IMG/VR virus record: IMGVR_UViG_3300049485_000129
Location: 1-39,534 of that record
Direction: 5' to 3' (one strand)
Source: a virus
Lineage: Duplodnaviria; Caudoviricetes
Length of the DNA: 39,534 nt
Numbering within the stretch: position 1 is the stretch's first letter; each line of letters starts with the position of its first letter. Position numbers and translations under genes: made by a program. The notes under the pieces were generated by a model. It was not told the origin of the DNA and made no database searches. It saw only the letters and a program-made list of their open reading frames with translations. Shown here one piece after another: positions 27,795 to 37,243 of this stretch.

Positions 27795-28535
27795 ATGGCT
27801 TTAGAATTTATTTTTGATAGGAAATTACAGCGATATCGCTATAAAGATTCTGGTCGTTTTCTCGGAGAGCAGGCCGTAAGAAATTTGACTATTAAATCGA
27901 TTGACCAGGTTAGCCAAGATGTCGGCGTTATTTCTAATCTTTTATTAGAGGGGAAAATCACTGTAGGGACTTGGGAAGAACAGACGGCGATCGCACTTAA
28001 ACAATTGCACACTCAAGCGTATTTGTTGGGCAAGGGTGGGATTAAAAATATGACTCAATCAGATTATGGCGTGATTGGGTCAAAACTTAAAAAACAGTAC
28101 CAATATTTAAGAGGTTTTAGTGATGATTTAATTAATAAAGGTATGTCTGAAGCTCAATTCAAAATGCGTATTCAACAGTACCTGGAAGCGAGTAAAGGAA
28201 CTTTTGAAGAAGCTAGGGCGCGATCGCATTCTAATTCTGGTTTTAAATGGGAAAAAAGAGTACGAACTAAATTTAATTCTTGCCCGCCATGTATTAGCTT
28301 TGAAGGACTAGGATGGCAACCAATTAATACTTTACCTAATACGGGTGAGCAATGTGATTGTAGGGCTAATTGTGGCTGTTACAAACAGTTTTCTTTAGAC
28401 GATCTTAGGCCAACTGATTTTTTAATTAGTAAAAGATTTGGGTGGCTGTTAAGAAGTGAGTTAAACAAAGAGCTTTTAGAAGGAGAAAATAATGACGACT
28501 TCCAATCGAGTACCAGCAAATATAACAATAGCTGA
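27795..28535 (+). CDS. Head morphogenesis (gpF/SPP1 gp7-like) minor head protein
   Basis: CPPC...LP..G..C.C..NC.C motif; position after the portal. Confidence 0.7.
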   Translation: MALEFIFDRKLQRYRYKDSGRFLGEQAVRNLTIKSIDQVSQDVGVISNLLLEGKITVGTWEEQTAIALKQLHTQAYLLGKGGIKNMTQSDYGVIGSKLKKQYQYLRGFSDDLINKGMSEAQFKMRIQQYLEASKGTFEEARARSHSNSGFKWEKRVRTKFNSCPPCISFEGLGWQPINTLPNTGEQCDCRANCGCYKQFSLDDLRPTDFLISKRFGWLLRSELNKELLEGENNDDFQSSTSKYNNS

Positions 28536-28845
28536 AATCGCTACACGACATGAATTAATGCCGAAATATGATTGCTATTGGATGAATATAAAAAGCAAGG
28601 TAGCTTATGTTTGTAGAATATCGAGCAATTCTTTTGAAGATTGTTATCAAAAACTTATGTATGCAATTACTAAAAGAACAAATAATCTAAAAGATGATTA
28701 TGTTATTTTTGATATACATTTAGATGCTAATAGGAATGAAATAGCGGGTGTGAAAATAGCGAGTGAACACGCGTTATTGCAAAAATATCGTGATTATTAT
28801 GATGAGTGGATTGCTAAACAACAGATGAATAGCTGTCACCAATAA
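28492..28845 (+). CDS. Hypothetical protein
   Basis: AAGGAG RBS. Confidence 0.55.
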   Translation: MTTSNRVPANITIAEIATRHELMPKYDCYWMNIKSKVAYVCRISSNSFEDCYQKLMYAITKRTNNLKDDYVIFDIHLDANRNEIAGVKIASEHALLQKYRDYYDEWIAKQQMNSCHQ

Positions 28846-28862
28846 ATTAACTAAATTGAACT

Positions 28863-29441
28863 ATGAAAAAGGATAGCAAATATATCGGTTATTTAAACAA
28901 GGTGTCTATTGAAATAAGAAAGACACCTTTGGCTGATTTGGAAAGAAAATTAATTGTTTCTTTAGCTGATGACCAAGATTTAACCTATTATCAAATAGCA
29001 GAAAAACTTAAATACACCAGTGGCTATATAGGAGATATTGCTAGGGAATTATTTGGATTGCTTACTCAAAAACATCATGTTAAAGTAACTAGAACAAATA
29101 TTTTTTCTACATTAGACGCTATTTTAAGTAAAGAACCTGATGACACATTTTATGTTTGTCATAACATAAAAGAAGCAAGGTTATTAAACCAAGATATTAT
29201 TACTTTTAAAAGCACTTGTATTATGGTTAATTTATCATCGTATTGGAAATTTAATGCTACTAATCAAACGCTAATCTTAAAACATCAATATCCAATAATT
29301 ATAGATATTTCTGAGATTACTATTGGTAATTTAGGGGAACATTTATTACTGATTTCTAATAGGGAGCAGTTATCAGGAGATGCCTTAATAGAATTAATTA
29401 AAATTATCAGAGATTACTTGCAAGCAGATGATGTAAAATGA
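28863..29441 (+). CDS. HTH protein (N-terminal HTH like those of cyanobacterial NB-ARC/AAA proteins)
   Basis: TY.QIAE.L.Y..GY...IA.EL..LL......KV...N. Confidence 0.55.
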   Translation: MKKDSKYIGYLNKVSIEIRKTPLADLERKLIVSLADDQDLTYYQIAEKLKYTSGYIGDIARELFGLLTQKHHVKVTRTNIFSTLDAILSKEPDDTFYVCHNIKEARLLNQDIITFKSTCIMVNLSSYWKFNATNQTLILKHQYPIIIDISEITIGNLGEHLLLISNREQLSGDALIELIKIIRDYLQADDVK

Positions 29442-29450
29442 GTCGTATAA

Positions 29451-29526
29451 GGGGTCTTAGTTCAATGGGCAATTAGAACATCGCCCTGTCACGGCGAAGA
29501 TACGGGTTCAAGACCCGCAGACCCCG
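29451..29526 (+). tRNA. trnD: tRNA-Asp (GTC)
   Basis: Acceptor GGGGTCT/AGACCCC, D stem GTTC/GAAC, anticodon arm TCGCC-CTGTCAC-GGCGA, T loop TTCAAGA, discriminator G; no encoded CCA. Confidence 0.9.
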
Positions 29527-29550
29527 TGTTTAATTAGGTTTTAAATACTT

Positions 29551-29775
29551 ATGGATTTGATTTTAATTGCTATAATAGATACCAGTTACCCAGATAATTT
29601 TATTTATTTGGGTAAAACTGCAAATACTCAATTATGCAGGAATATGGGGATAAAAAATGGCTATTCTATAACGTTTCTGGATCAAGATACTAAATGCTAT
29701 GGTATTGCTACCTTTAACGATTTAGATAAATGCCGTATTCCGCCAAAATTTCAACCTAATATTTACAAAAAATAA
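29551..29775 (+). CDS. Hypothetical protein
   Basis: TAATG overlap with the next gene. Confidence 0.5.
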   Translation: MDLILIAIIDTSYPDNFIYLGKTANTQLCRNMGIKNGYSITFLDQDTKCYGIATFNDLDKCRIPPKFQPNIYKK

Positions 29776-30413
29776 TGTTTATCCCAGATGAAAATCAATT
29801 ATTAAAAATTAGACAATTTCTCCCAAATGGCGCGGAGGTTTCCTCGAGTGATTTTATTTGTTATACTTTTATTGTCACAGATAATCTAGTAAGCCGTGGA
29901 CTATCGAAGTGGGGAATTAATGAATTAGATGTGATCGCTGAATTGTCGTTAGGAAATCCCTTTACTTTAAACCATGAATGGGACGAAGTAGAAAACTCCC
30001 AGGGCTTTATTTTTGATGCTAGAATAGTTGAAGAAGATACCGCTCCCAACGATGTTTTAAACGCTGCTGGCAATGGTGACAATAATCGCCAAATCATCGC
30101 AAAAGAGGGGTATTGTTATATAGAGTGTGACGTATGCTTTCCCTTTTCTAGCCCAGTTGTTTCGGGAATTGAATATGGTGTTCTCAAATATGTTAGCTTG
30201 GGCGGTTTTATTTACGAAGATCATTTTTGCCCTCTTTGCAATTGTAGTTTTCGTGATAAACAATGTTCCCACGATGATCCATCTGAAATAAATGCGTATA
30301 TGGCAAGTATGAGTAAAGATGTGGCACCGTATTATATTCGTTATGGTGTGTATGATTTGAGCGAATTAAGCTTAGTTTTAATTCCAAATATACCGGGTGC
30401 AAAAGTTAAGTAA
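29775..30413 (+). CDS. Putative prohead maturation protease
   Basis: NHEW...G.IFDA, VSLG, C..C...C.H, ELSLV..P..PGA; directly before the capsid gene. Confidence 0.7.
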   Translation: MFIPDENQLLKIRQFLPNGAEVSSSDFICYTFIVTDNLVSRGLSKWGINELDVIAELSLGNPFTLNHEWDEVENSQGFIFDARIVEEDTAPNDVLNAAGNGDNNRQIIAKEGYCYIECDVCFPFSSPVVSGIEYGVLKYVSLGGFIYEDHFCPLCNCSFRDKQCSHDDPSEINAYMASMSKDVAPYYIRYGVYDLSELSLVLIPNIPGAKVK

Positions 30414-30437
30414 TTGTAAAAAATATGAGGTTTTTAT

Positions 30438-32342
30438 ATGCCTAGACAGAGAAATAAAAATTTACAGGGTAATCCATCTATTATTATCAATGATTCTTCA
30501 AAAGAATTAGTGACGGAAAAATCAACATCAAGATTGATTGGAAAACCTCAACACGATGCTATACAAAGAATTAATCGCCGAACTAATGCAGATCAAAATA
30601 ATAAGGAAGAAGAGCTAGGTCAGGTAATTTCTCAAAATCAATTTATTGGTAATGATAATGCTGATGTTTCTACATCTGCGGAATCTCCAAAATCTCCAAA
30701 ATCTCCTAATTCTTCTACAAATTTGCCTGCTAATCCAGGTGAGATCACTTTAACTGAAACACAGTTAAAACAAATGTTAGATACAGCTATTCTTAAGGTT
30801 CAAAGTGACAGTAAAAATACTATTAACCAATATGAACAAAGATTACGCGAACTTGGTGATAGCTTGATCGCAAGTCAAAGAGAATTTCGAGAAAAAGAAG
30901 AGAATTTATTAAAACAAGTTGAATACGAAAAACAACAAAAAGATACGGTAGCGCGTATTTTTAATGATTTTGGTTACGCCCCTTCTCCTGCCGATAATAA
31001 TAATGTCTATATTGCGCCATTAAGTATGCGCGGCGGAGGAATGGATGGCAAAACTGCTTATCGTGAGTTCAATACGCTGTGCGAAGATAACAAATTGTTA
31101 CAAACTCGGTCAATAGTCGTCCCATCAACGGGCGAAAGAGTTCTCCATCAAGACGTTACTCCCTTGCAGCGATTTATTGTTCAAAATCGCGATGCGATAC
31201 GCAATGGAATGGAAGATATGGCTAGGAAAGTTGGTTTATTAAATGGATCAGACAATTATCGAGGTAGTGATGCACCAACTACATTCAGTACGTTGCCATT
31301 TGCGTTACAAACATATTTATCAACAGTGGTAAGGGCTGAACATACGCCACAATTTGTCTTATGGCAATTCGTTAATAGAACCGTATCAGTTGGCATCCCT
31401 CCGGGTCAGACAACATCTGTACCTCGTGTTTTCAACTTACCAACAGGAACATCATCATCTGATTGGGAACGAACTGTTGGTGTCAAAACTGTTGTAGATC
31501 GCCAAGCGTTAACCGGCTCAGATCAAAAAATTGTTATTAAATTGAATGGTATGGGGAAAAATAGCGCGATGCCGCCGGTGTCCATTCCAGAATTTATAAC
31601 GCTAAATTCATTGCTCAGATTGGAAAATCTCCTTCAAGAAAAATTAGGAATCAATTATTACGAATTTGAAGATTTAGCCATTTATGAAATGCTGGCTAGT
31701 ACCACGGCTGTTGTGTATAACAATAAAGATAGTGTGGTATTTGCGCCAGGTTCAGTTACTAATGGCGGGCAATCAACATTGGGCTTTTTGAGCGATTTAA
31801 ACGCTTATGCTAGTAGCTTGAATATTAGACGATATCCTGATGGATGTCGTGTTTATGTTTGCCCTGATCAGCATATTGCCCAAATTGATAAATCGATGCA
31901 AAATCGGGCATTTTATCAAAATAGAACCAATGTGGAAGAATTAACAAATATGTTGAATAAATCCACCAATAATCCTGATCTATTTAGAGTTAGTGGATAT
32001 TGGGGAACGATGTCCGGACTCCACATTTTTAGTCAAAGTAATTTCGGAAATGGAACGGTTGGCAGTCGTGGGGTGCAGACAGAAACACTCGGCGGGACTT
32101 CTGTTACTACAAGAAGTGGCTATTTATTGGGAGCGGATACCATGGGTTGGTCAACCTCTATGCCAATGCAAGTTCGACAAGATGCTGGCGGCACAGATTT
32201 CAATTTGAGTCAAGATTTTATTTGGGTAAGTCACGAGGGTTGGGGCCCTCTCGATGTTGATCCTAATTCAAATCCTCCTAGCTCGGCCGGGCAACAATTA
32301 AGAGTAATTGAAGTCCGTATGAGTGATACTACGATTGGCTAA
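30438..32342 (+). CDS. Major capsid protein with long N-terminal scaffold-like extension
   Basis: Low-complexity and coiled-coil N-half; C-half with G...G......S, LG..T.G...DF.....W....G HK97-fold-like pattern; synteny. Confidence 0.75.
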   Translation: MPRQRNKNLQGNPSIIINDSSKELVTEKSTSRLIGKPQHDAIQRINRRTNADQNNKEEELGQVISQNQFIGNDNADVSTSAESPKSPKSPNSSTNLPANPGEITLTETQLKQMLDTAILKVQSDSKNTINQYEQRLRELGDSLIASQREFREKEENLLKQVEYEKQQKDTVARIFNDFGYAPSPADNNNVYIAPLSMRGGGMDGKTAYREFNTLCEDNKLLQTRSIVVPSTGERVLHQDVTPLQRFIVQNRDAIRNGMEDMARKVGLLNGSDNYRGSDAPTTFSTLPFALQTYLSTVVRAEHTPQFVLWQFVNRTVSVGIPPGQTTSVPRVFNLPTGTSSSDWERTVGVKTVVDRQALTGSDQKIVIKLNGMGKNSAMPPVSIPEFITLNSLLRLENLLQEKLGINYYEFEDLAIYEMLASTTAVVYNNKDSVVFAPGSVTNGGQSTLGFLSDLNAYASSLNIRRYPDGCRVYVCPDQHIAQIDKSMQNRAFYQNRTNVEELTNMLNKSTNNPDLFRVSGYWGTMSGLHIFSQSNFGNGTVGSRGVQTETLGGTSVTTRSGYLLGADTMGWSTSMPMQVRQDAGGTDFNLSQDFIWVSHEGWGPLDVDPNSNPPSSAGQQLRVIEVRMSDTTIG

Positions 32343-32433
32343 TTATTAGCTAAATTGTTAATTTTTTGTTATTTTATCGGGAAATTAATAAAGGTTATTG
32401 TATATTAAAAATAATCTTTATTAACAAAAAAAT

Positions 32434-32688
32434 ATGCCAGTGGATACTTTATTACCGTCAATAGATACCCCTGTTATTAACACAGAGATTTGTGACAAAG
32501 ATTGTGTAATTGAACTGTGGCGAGATGCTTTTAAATCATTAATGAAATGGGAGAGGAGTTATGCGGAACAAGGGATAAAAGCCATTCTCATTGATGCCCA
32601 TCTTATTAATATTCAAGATTGGGATAAAGACTACATATTTGAATTATCAAAAGTAGCTTTTGAATCATTGATGAAATATGTTGATTGA
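32434..32688 (+). CDS. Hypothetical protein
   Basis: ORF in the late region. Confidence 0.5.
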   Translation: MPVDTLLPSIDTPVINTEICDKDCVIELWRDAFKSLMKWERSYAEQGIKAILIDAHLINIQDWDKDYIFELSKVAFESLMKYVD

Positions 32689-32702
32689 AATATGGGGGAA
32701 TT

Positions 32703-33026
32703 ATGCCTGATGAAAGTCAAAAAGAACTGATTAATGATTTGAAAAATTGGGTAGCTTTAACTCAGGCGACCATTGAAGAAATCCGCAAAGATGAAGAGAT
32801 CACTACTAATCGAATTAGCAAAGTTGATGACAGATTAATTATTGTTGAAAAATGGATGCCAGTCATCGATGAAAAACTTAAGAATATTGATGCTTTCCAG
32901 GATCAACTTCATAAGTTAGTTTGGGCGATCGCGCTGGCCGTTTTAGTTCCTGTTGTAGGGTTTTTTGTTAGACCTCCTCCTGTTGATTACAACAATAATC
33001 AACCTCCTAGCGGAATTAAAAAATAG
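32703..33026 (+). CDS. Coiled-coil single-TM protein (holin/XhlA-like candidate)
   Basis: Coiled coil followed by LVWAIALAVLVPVVGFFV. Confidence 0.5.
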   Translation: MPDESQKELINDLKNWVALTQATIEEIRKDEEITTNRISKVDDRLIIVEKWMPVIDEKLKNIDAFQDQLHKLVWAIALAVLVPVVGFFVRPPPVDYNNNQPPSGIKK

Positions 33027-33071
33027 TATGAGATAATTTGTGTTATTAGTCAAAATTTATTACCTAATTTT

Positions 33072-33305
33072 ATGCCTGAAGAGAATACAGAAAAGTCTAA
33101 AACATCAGATGTTATTAATGCTGACGTTGCTTCTAAAATCAATCCTAAAGTGACTACTTCCTCAAGTCCTAAAAATGCTTATCCAAGTGATTTTTATGAT
33201 GCTGCGGGTATTTTTAGATGCCCTAAATGCGGAGAAAAAAGAAGAACAGTTAATGGGCAGTTATTTTGTCCACAGAATGACGCACAATGTCCTTTAAAAA
33301 AATAA
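33072..33305 (+). CDS. Small zinc-ribbon protein
   Basis: CPKCG...FCP....CP. Confidence 0.6.
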   Translation: MPEENTEKSKTSDVINADVASKINPKVTTSSSPKNAYPSDFYDAAGIFRCPKCGEKRRTVNGQLFCPQNDAQCPLKK

Positions 33306-33638
33306 ATGTTTACCGAACAACAAAGATTTCAAATCTTATCTCATCTTGACAAAACAATAGATGATATTGCTGTTATTTGGGCTGCTTTAGATAGGGTTGA
33401 AAATACATCTCAATCTCTCATAGATAATGTTTTAAGTGCTGTTAATCAAATGGATGCTGTATTAGATAAAAGGCAATTATCAGGTACGGATGAAGCTGGA
33501 TTAACAAGAGTAGATGTGATTGAGTTTGACCCGTGCAAACAGATAACCCAAATAAACCGACAACGTTACGCATTAAAACGTAAGTTGGCTAAATTAATTG
33601 GTGTAGTAGTTGATTCAGAAGTAGAAGGTGTTTTTTAA
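33306..33638 (+). CDS. Putative head-tail adaptor
   Basis: L.RVDVIEF motif; position after the capsid gene. Confidence 0.5.
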   Translation: MFTEQQRFQILSHLDKTIDDIAVIWAALDRVENTSQSLIDNVLSAVNQMDAVLDKRQLSGTDEAGLTRVDVIEFDPCKQITQINRQRYALKRKLAKLIGVVVDSEVEGVF

Positions 33639-33660
33639 ATTTCAAACGGTTTGAAATTTG
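33636..33660. repeat. Dispersed 25-bp palindrome, copy 5 (1 mismatch)
   Basis: TAAATTTCAAACGGTTTGAAATTTG makes up essentially the whole intergenic space (stop 33638, ATG 33662). Confidence 0.92.
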
Positions 33661-33661
33661 T

Positions 33662-34036
33662 ATGAAAAGTTATTTCTCCAAATATGCAAATAGTACGCTA
33701 TTCCTTAAAGTACCGAGCATCGGATTTGTGGAGATAGATTCATTAACGGGAAATGAATACCCCACAGAGAAAATAGTAAAATTCACGGCTTTATTAAAAA
33801 ATACGGCAAGTTCTATTCAGTATGCCGAAGGGCAAAACATAAATGTTGTGAACGTGGAGGGGTATTTAGTCGATCCTATGTTATTCCCAAAAGATATTAA
33901 AACGCCTTTTGAATGTGAAGCTATAATTAATAATGTGAGTGGGATATTGCGAGTACCCTTGTTATTTTCTTCCCCTTTTAATGTGCAAAAATTTACGGGT
34001 GAAAAAATACAGGGTACTTTTACTAAATCTTCTTAA
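33662..34036 (+). CDS. Putative head-closure protein
   Basis: D..TGN...T, beta-rich; synteny. Confidence 0.5.
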   Translation: MKSYFSKYANSTLFLKVPSIGFVEIDSLTGNEYPTEKIVKFTALLKNTASSIQYAEGQNINVVNVEGYLVDPMLFPKDIKTPFECEAIINNVSGILRVPLLFSSPFNVQKFTGEKIQGTFTKSS

Positions 34037-34044
34037 TAATTACT

Positions 34045-34236
34045 ATGGTTTCAATAGGCGATCGCATTCGTTTTACCCGTCAGGCATCAGCTAATTATTT
34101 AATTTCTCCCGATGCGATTTTCTTAGTAGAAGCTGTGAATCCAAATCACACATTAAGACTAAGAAATGAAAAATCAGATGAGGAAATAATTGGTTTCCCT
34201 AATGCAGAAAAATATTTTATTAAAGTGTATAATTAA
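34045..34236 (+). CDS. Small SH3/KOW-like protein, tandem paralog
   Basis: IGDRIRFT...A.YLI.PD....V...NP. Confidence 0.55.
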   Translation: MVSIGDRIRFTRQASANYLISPDAIFLVEAVNPNHTLRLRNEKSDEEIIGFPNAEKYFIKVYN

Positions 34237-34258
34237 ACCAAATTCAAGGAGGTTATTT

Positions 34259-34519
34259 ATGCTTAAAGCAAATGATCCGGTTAGGTTTACTAAAAAAGGT
34301 GATTTAGTTGCGCTTATTAAAGAAGGTGATTTAGTTAGATTTACCGAAGAATCTGCCGCATACTTTTTAATTGATCCTCCTGATTCGCTTTGGGTGGTGT
34401 GGAGAGAAAACCCTGATGAGAAAACTTTCGTGCTAAAAAATGTTATCGAAAGTGATCGGGAAATTATTGTGTTTTCGCATGATGTGATGATTGACACTTC
34501 AACTTACCGGGCTGCCTAA
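34259..34519 (+). CDS. Small SH3/KOW-like protein, tandem paralog
   Basis: AAGGAGG RBS; EGDLVRFT...A.FLI.PPD...V...NP. Confidence 0.6.
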   Translation: MLKANDPVRFTKKGDLVALIKEGDLVRFTEESAAYFLIDPPDSLWVVWRENPDEKTFVLKNVIESDREIIVFSHDVMIDTSTYRAA

Positions 34520-34520
34520 A

Positions 34521-34904
34521 ATGAAAATTAATATTAATTTATCTCGAGTAAATCAAAAAATTAGTAATGCTTTTGAACGAACATCAGACAGATTTAGCGA
34601 TGTCTTACAAGAGATGATCACCTCAGTGATTTGGGATTGGAATAATGTAACTTATCGGAGAAATGGTGATGTTGTCTTTACTCCTCGTGATATTGTGGAT
34701 TTGGGCGGTTTACGAGATTCTCAATCATTGGAGTTCCCCACGGACTTAAAAGCAAATTTTAGCTATTCTGTAGTTTATGCGATCGCGGTACATGAGGGAT
34801 ATATTACTAAGAAAGGTAATTATATTCCTGGTCGGCCGTGGACTGAAGAAGCTACTCGAAGATTTGATTTTGTCGCTACATTTTCTGATGTTTTTGCTCT
34901 CTGA
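34521..34904 (+). CDS. HK97 gp10-like tail completion protein
   Basis: PRDIVD.G.LR.S...YA..VHEG.......P.RPW. Confidence 0.7.
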   Translation: MKININLSRVNQKISNAFERTSDRFSDVLQEMITSVIWDWNNVTYRRNGDVVFTPRDIVDLGGLRDSQSLEFPTDLKANFSYSVVYAIAVHEGYITKKGNYIPGRPWTEEATRRFDFVATFSDVFAL

Positions 34905-34945
34905 ATAACATGGGACTAATATTAATTTAGTCCTTTTTTTCTTAT

Positions 34946-35365
34946 ATGAATATTTTAGAATTACGGCAAAAAATAACTTCTGTTTTAGATGATTTAATTG
35001 GTGAATATGAGTTTGTTAATGGTCGATGTGTTAAAGCGATCGCTGTTATTCCTGATAGTAATTACGGTTATGATTATCCACCAACTGGTACGAAAACAAA
35101 AGGATTAGAAGTGGTAATTTGGTCGGAAGGAAAATTAGATATTCGCCCGATTATTAGGGGAACTTATGTTGCTAATTTCACTCAAATTATTCTAAAGCAA
35201 TGGGATGCAAAAAAAACAACTGTAGAAGCAACAAATAGATTGATTGCAGGTTTAAATGGTATACTTGAAGTAAGACCTAGAGTAATGCCTGTACCAGGTT
35301 TAAATATGATTGAAACGCAGGTATTTTTTATTAAGTCAATCTATTTGGTAGATCTAAAATTTTAG
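34946..35365 (+). CDS. Putative tail terminator
   Basis: Size and position directly before the tail tube gene. Confidence 0.55.
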   Translation: MNILELRQKITSVLDDLIGEYEFVNGRCVKAIAVIPDSNYGYDYPPTGTKTKGLEVVIWSEGKLDIRPIIRGTYVANFTQIILKQWDAKKTTVEATNRLIAGLNGILEVRPRVMPVPGLNMIETQVFFIKSIYLVDLKF

Positions 35366-35387
35366 TTAATTTAATCGGAGATTTTTT

Positions 35388-36071
35388 ATGACAACTGTAC
35401 AAATTGCACGCGGTACGAAAATTTATGTAGCCCCTTTGAATGCGGGGGATAGGGTGTTTCCAGAAAAAACTGTTTTCACAGCAGGGGCTACCGCAGCAGC
35501 AGCAGCAACTAGCATTACCATAACCATGTCTCCTGCAATTACAAGAGAGATTGTCGCACCGATTTATTTATTATTTGTTGATCTTAATGGACAGGAAGAC
35601 TTGGTAAAAGTTACTTCTAATATTGCAGTTGGGGCTACTACATTAACCGTTGCTGCGCTAAAAAGAGCGATCGCTGAAGATGCTGAGGCGATTTATCCGG
35701 TATCTATTGCTGGCCGTGAAAGCGCGTCTTTTACTAATAACAATACCCAACAAGATATTAATGTTTTTGAGAATGATGGTTACAAAGATAATGTTACTAC
35801 CGTGTTAGGCGGAATGTTACAGCTTAACGGGTTTTATAATCCTTTAGATGCGGGGTGGAATACTTTTAATCACACCCTGAGAGAATTTAAAGAAGTATAT
35901 ATTGAGATTGAGTACCCTAAACCTGCTCCACATTACACAACCGGGCAAATCATTAAAGGATTTGGAGGGGTAAAAGGCGTACCCATAGAAGCAGCTAATC
36001 AAGGGGATATTATTAAAAGTAATGTAGAAGTTGATTTTAGGGGTGTCATTAGTTTTGTTGATCCCGTTTAA
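35388..36071 (+). CDS. Major tail tube protein (siphovirus type)
   Basis: GTKIY, DG.KD, G.Y.P.DAG, EIEYP....KG.G.V.....DII.......RG; followed by chaperones; no adjacent sheath gene. Confidence 0.75.
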   Translation: MTTVQIARGTKIYVAPLNAGDRVFPEKTVFTAGATAAAAATSITITMSPAITREIVAPIYLLFVDLNGQEDLVKVTSNIAVGATTLTVAALKRAIAEDAEAIYPVSIAGRESASFTNNNTQQDINVFENDGYKDNVTTVLGGMLQLNGFYNPLDAGWNTFNHTLREFKEVYIEIEYPKPAPHYTTGQIIKGFGGVKGVPIEAANQGDIIKSNVEVDFRGVISFVDPV

Positions 36072-36073
36072 CA

Positions 36074-36292
36074 ATGATTAGAGCATTACAAACAAAAGGC
36101 GTATTTGCTGTCTATTGTAATGTTTTTCCTAAATTTATCTTAGTAGGAATATTAGGAGTAGAGGATCAGCCTGATCATCCTTTTATTGCTACTTTGATAA
36201 ATTGTGATAATATTGATGAAAAATATAAGGTAATTATTCCTTATATTAAACTTCCAGCCTATAATGTCAAATTAACAATTATTGAGGATTGA
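36074..36292 (+). CDS. Hypothetical protein
   Basis: Tightly packed in the tail operon. Confidence 0.5.
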   Translation: MIRALQTKGVFAVYCNVFPKFILVGILGVEDQPDHPFIATLINCDNIDEKYKVIIPYIKLPAYNVKLTIIED

Positions 36293-36293
36293 A

Positions 36294-36851
36294 ATGACCG
36301 AATTAGCATTTTATATCAAACCAAAAAAATCTACTACATATACAGTGGGAGATGACGAATCAGGAACATTAACGCTAACAAAATTAGGATGTTTGACCGT
36401 CAAGGAAGAATTAGGGTTAAGAGATATAATGAAAAATATTGACCTTAATTCAACTCCATTTTTTGACTTTCAATTAGCGATCGCAACGCTTGCTATTCAA
36501 TTAAGAGGAAGTGAATCTTGGCAACAATCAGATACTGAAGGTTTAACTGTTCCATTAGTAGAAAAAACCTACGAGTTCTTTTTTGAAAAAGAGCGTAGCA
36601 GATGGGAAAATAAATCCTATTCTTTAAAATTTGAAGGGAAAAAAGCTAAGGAATTAGCTGTGAATTTTGCAGAAAAAGCAAATGATATTATCGCTATCAA
36701 TCCGAACGATCCTGAAGATTCTAAAATATATTATATTTACGATTCTGAGTCAGATGTTCCTGATGGTTATGAGTTGTTATCGGGAAAAAAATCCATAGAA
36801 TCCAGCACGGAAACAGTGAAACCGACTGGAATAAGCTCTACTGGAAATTAA
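36294..36851 (+). CDS. Tail assembly chaperone (gpG-like)
   Basis: After the tail tube; G.LTV.E motif; slippery G GGA AAA AAA near the 3' end. Confidence 0.75.
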   Translation: MTELAFYIKPKKSTTYTVGDDESGTLTLTKLGCLTVKEELGLRDIMKNIDLNSTPFFDFQLAIATLAIQLRGSESWQQSDTEGLTVPLVEKTYEFFFEKERSRWENKSYSLKFEGKKAKELAVNFAEKANDIIAINPNDPEDSKIYYIYDSESDVPDGYELLSGKKSIESSTETVKPTGISSTGN

Positions 36852-37204
36852 AACTTTTATACCCTAATGAGCAGCGATTTTCATCTGAAAATTTTGGGGA
36901 TTGTCCAGTAATTTTAATAGAACAAGCATTGGACGCGGCTAATTCCCGTGATTTAGAATTAGCTAATTATCTAGCAGTACCCTTAAGCTATGTTGGAGTG
37001 GGGTTAGTGTCTTCACAAGGCGTAAAGGATGTTAATCCCCAGTGGTTTAATCCTTACGGGAAAATGCTTGAAAATAAAAATGCTAAAGAGTTTATTTCCT
37101 CTGAATGCGCTAAAGTTTTTCACGAATTAAAAGAAGAGAATAAACTACCTGCTTGGTCATTTAATATATTTGATATTGAACTATTAGATAGTTTACGAAA
37201 CTAA
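36782..37204 (+). CDS. -1 frameshift extension of the tail chaperone (gpGT-like)
   Basis: The -1 frame from GGGAAAAAAA is open (KIHRIQHGNSETDWNKLYWKLK...EQALDAANSR...) to the stop at 37204. Confidence 0.8.
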   Translation, partial: GKKIHRIQHGNSETDWNKLYWKLKLLYPNEQRFSSENFGDCPVILIEQALDAANSRDLELANYLAVPLSYVGVGLVSSQGVKDVNPQWFNPYGKMLENKNAKEFISSECAKVFHELKEENKLPAWSFNIFDIELLDSLRN

Positions 37205-37243
37205 AATAAGAATTTCCTTATTTTAGTTTTTTCTTAAATTCTA

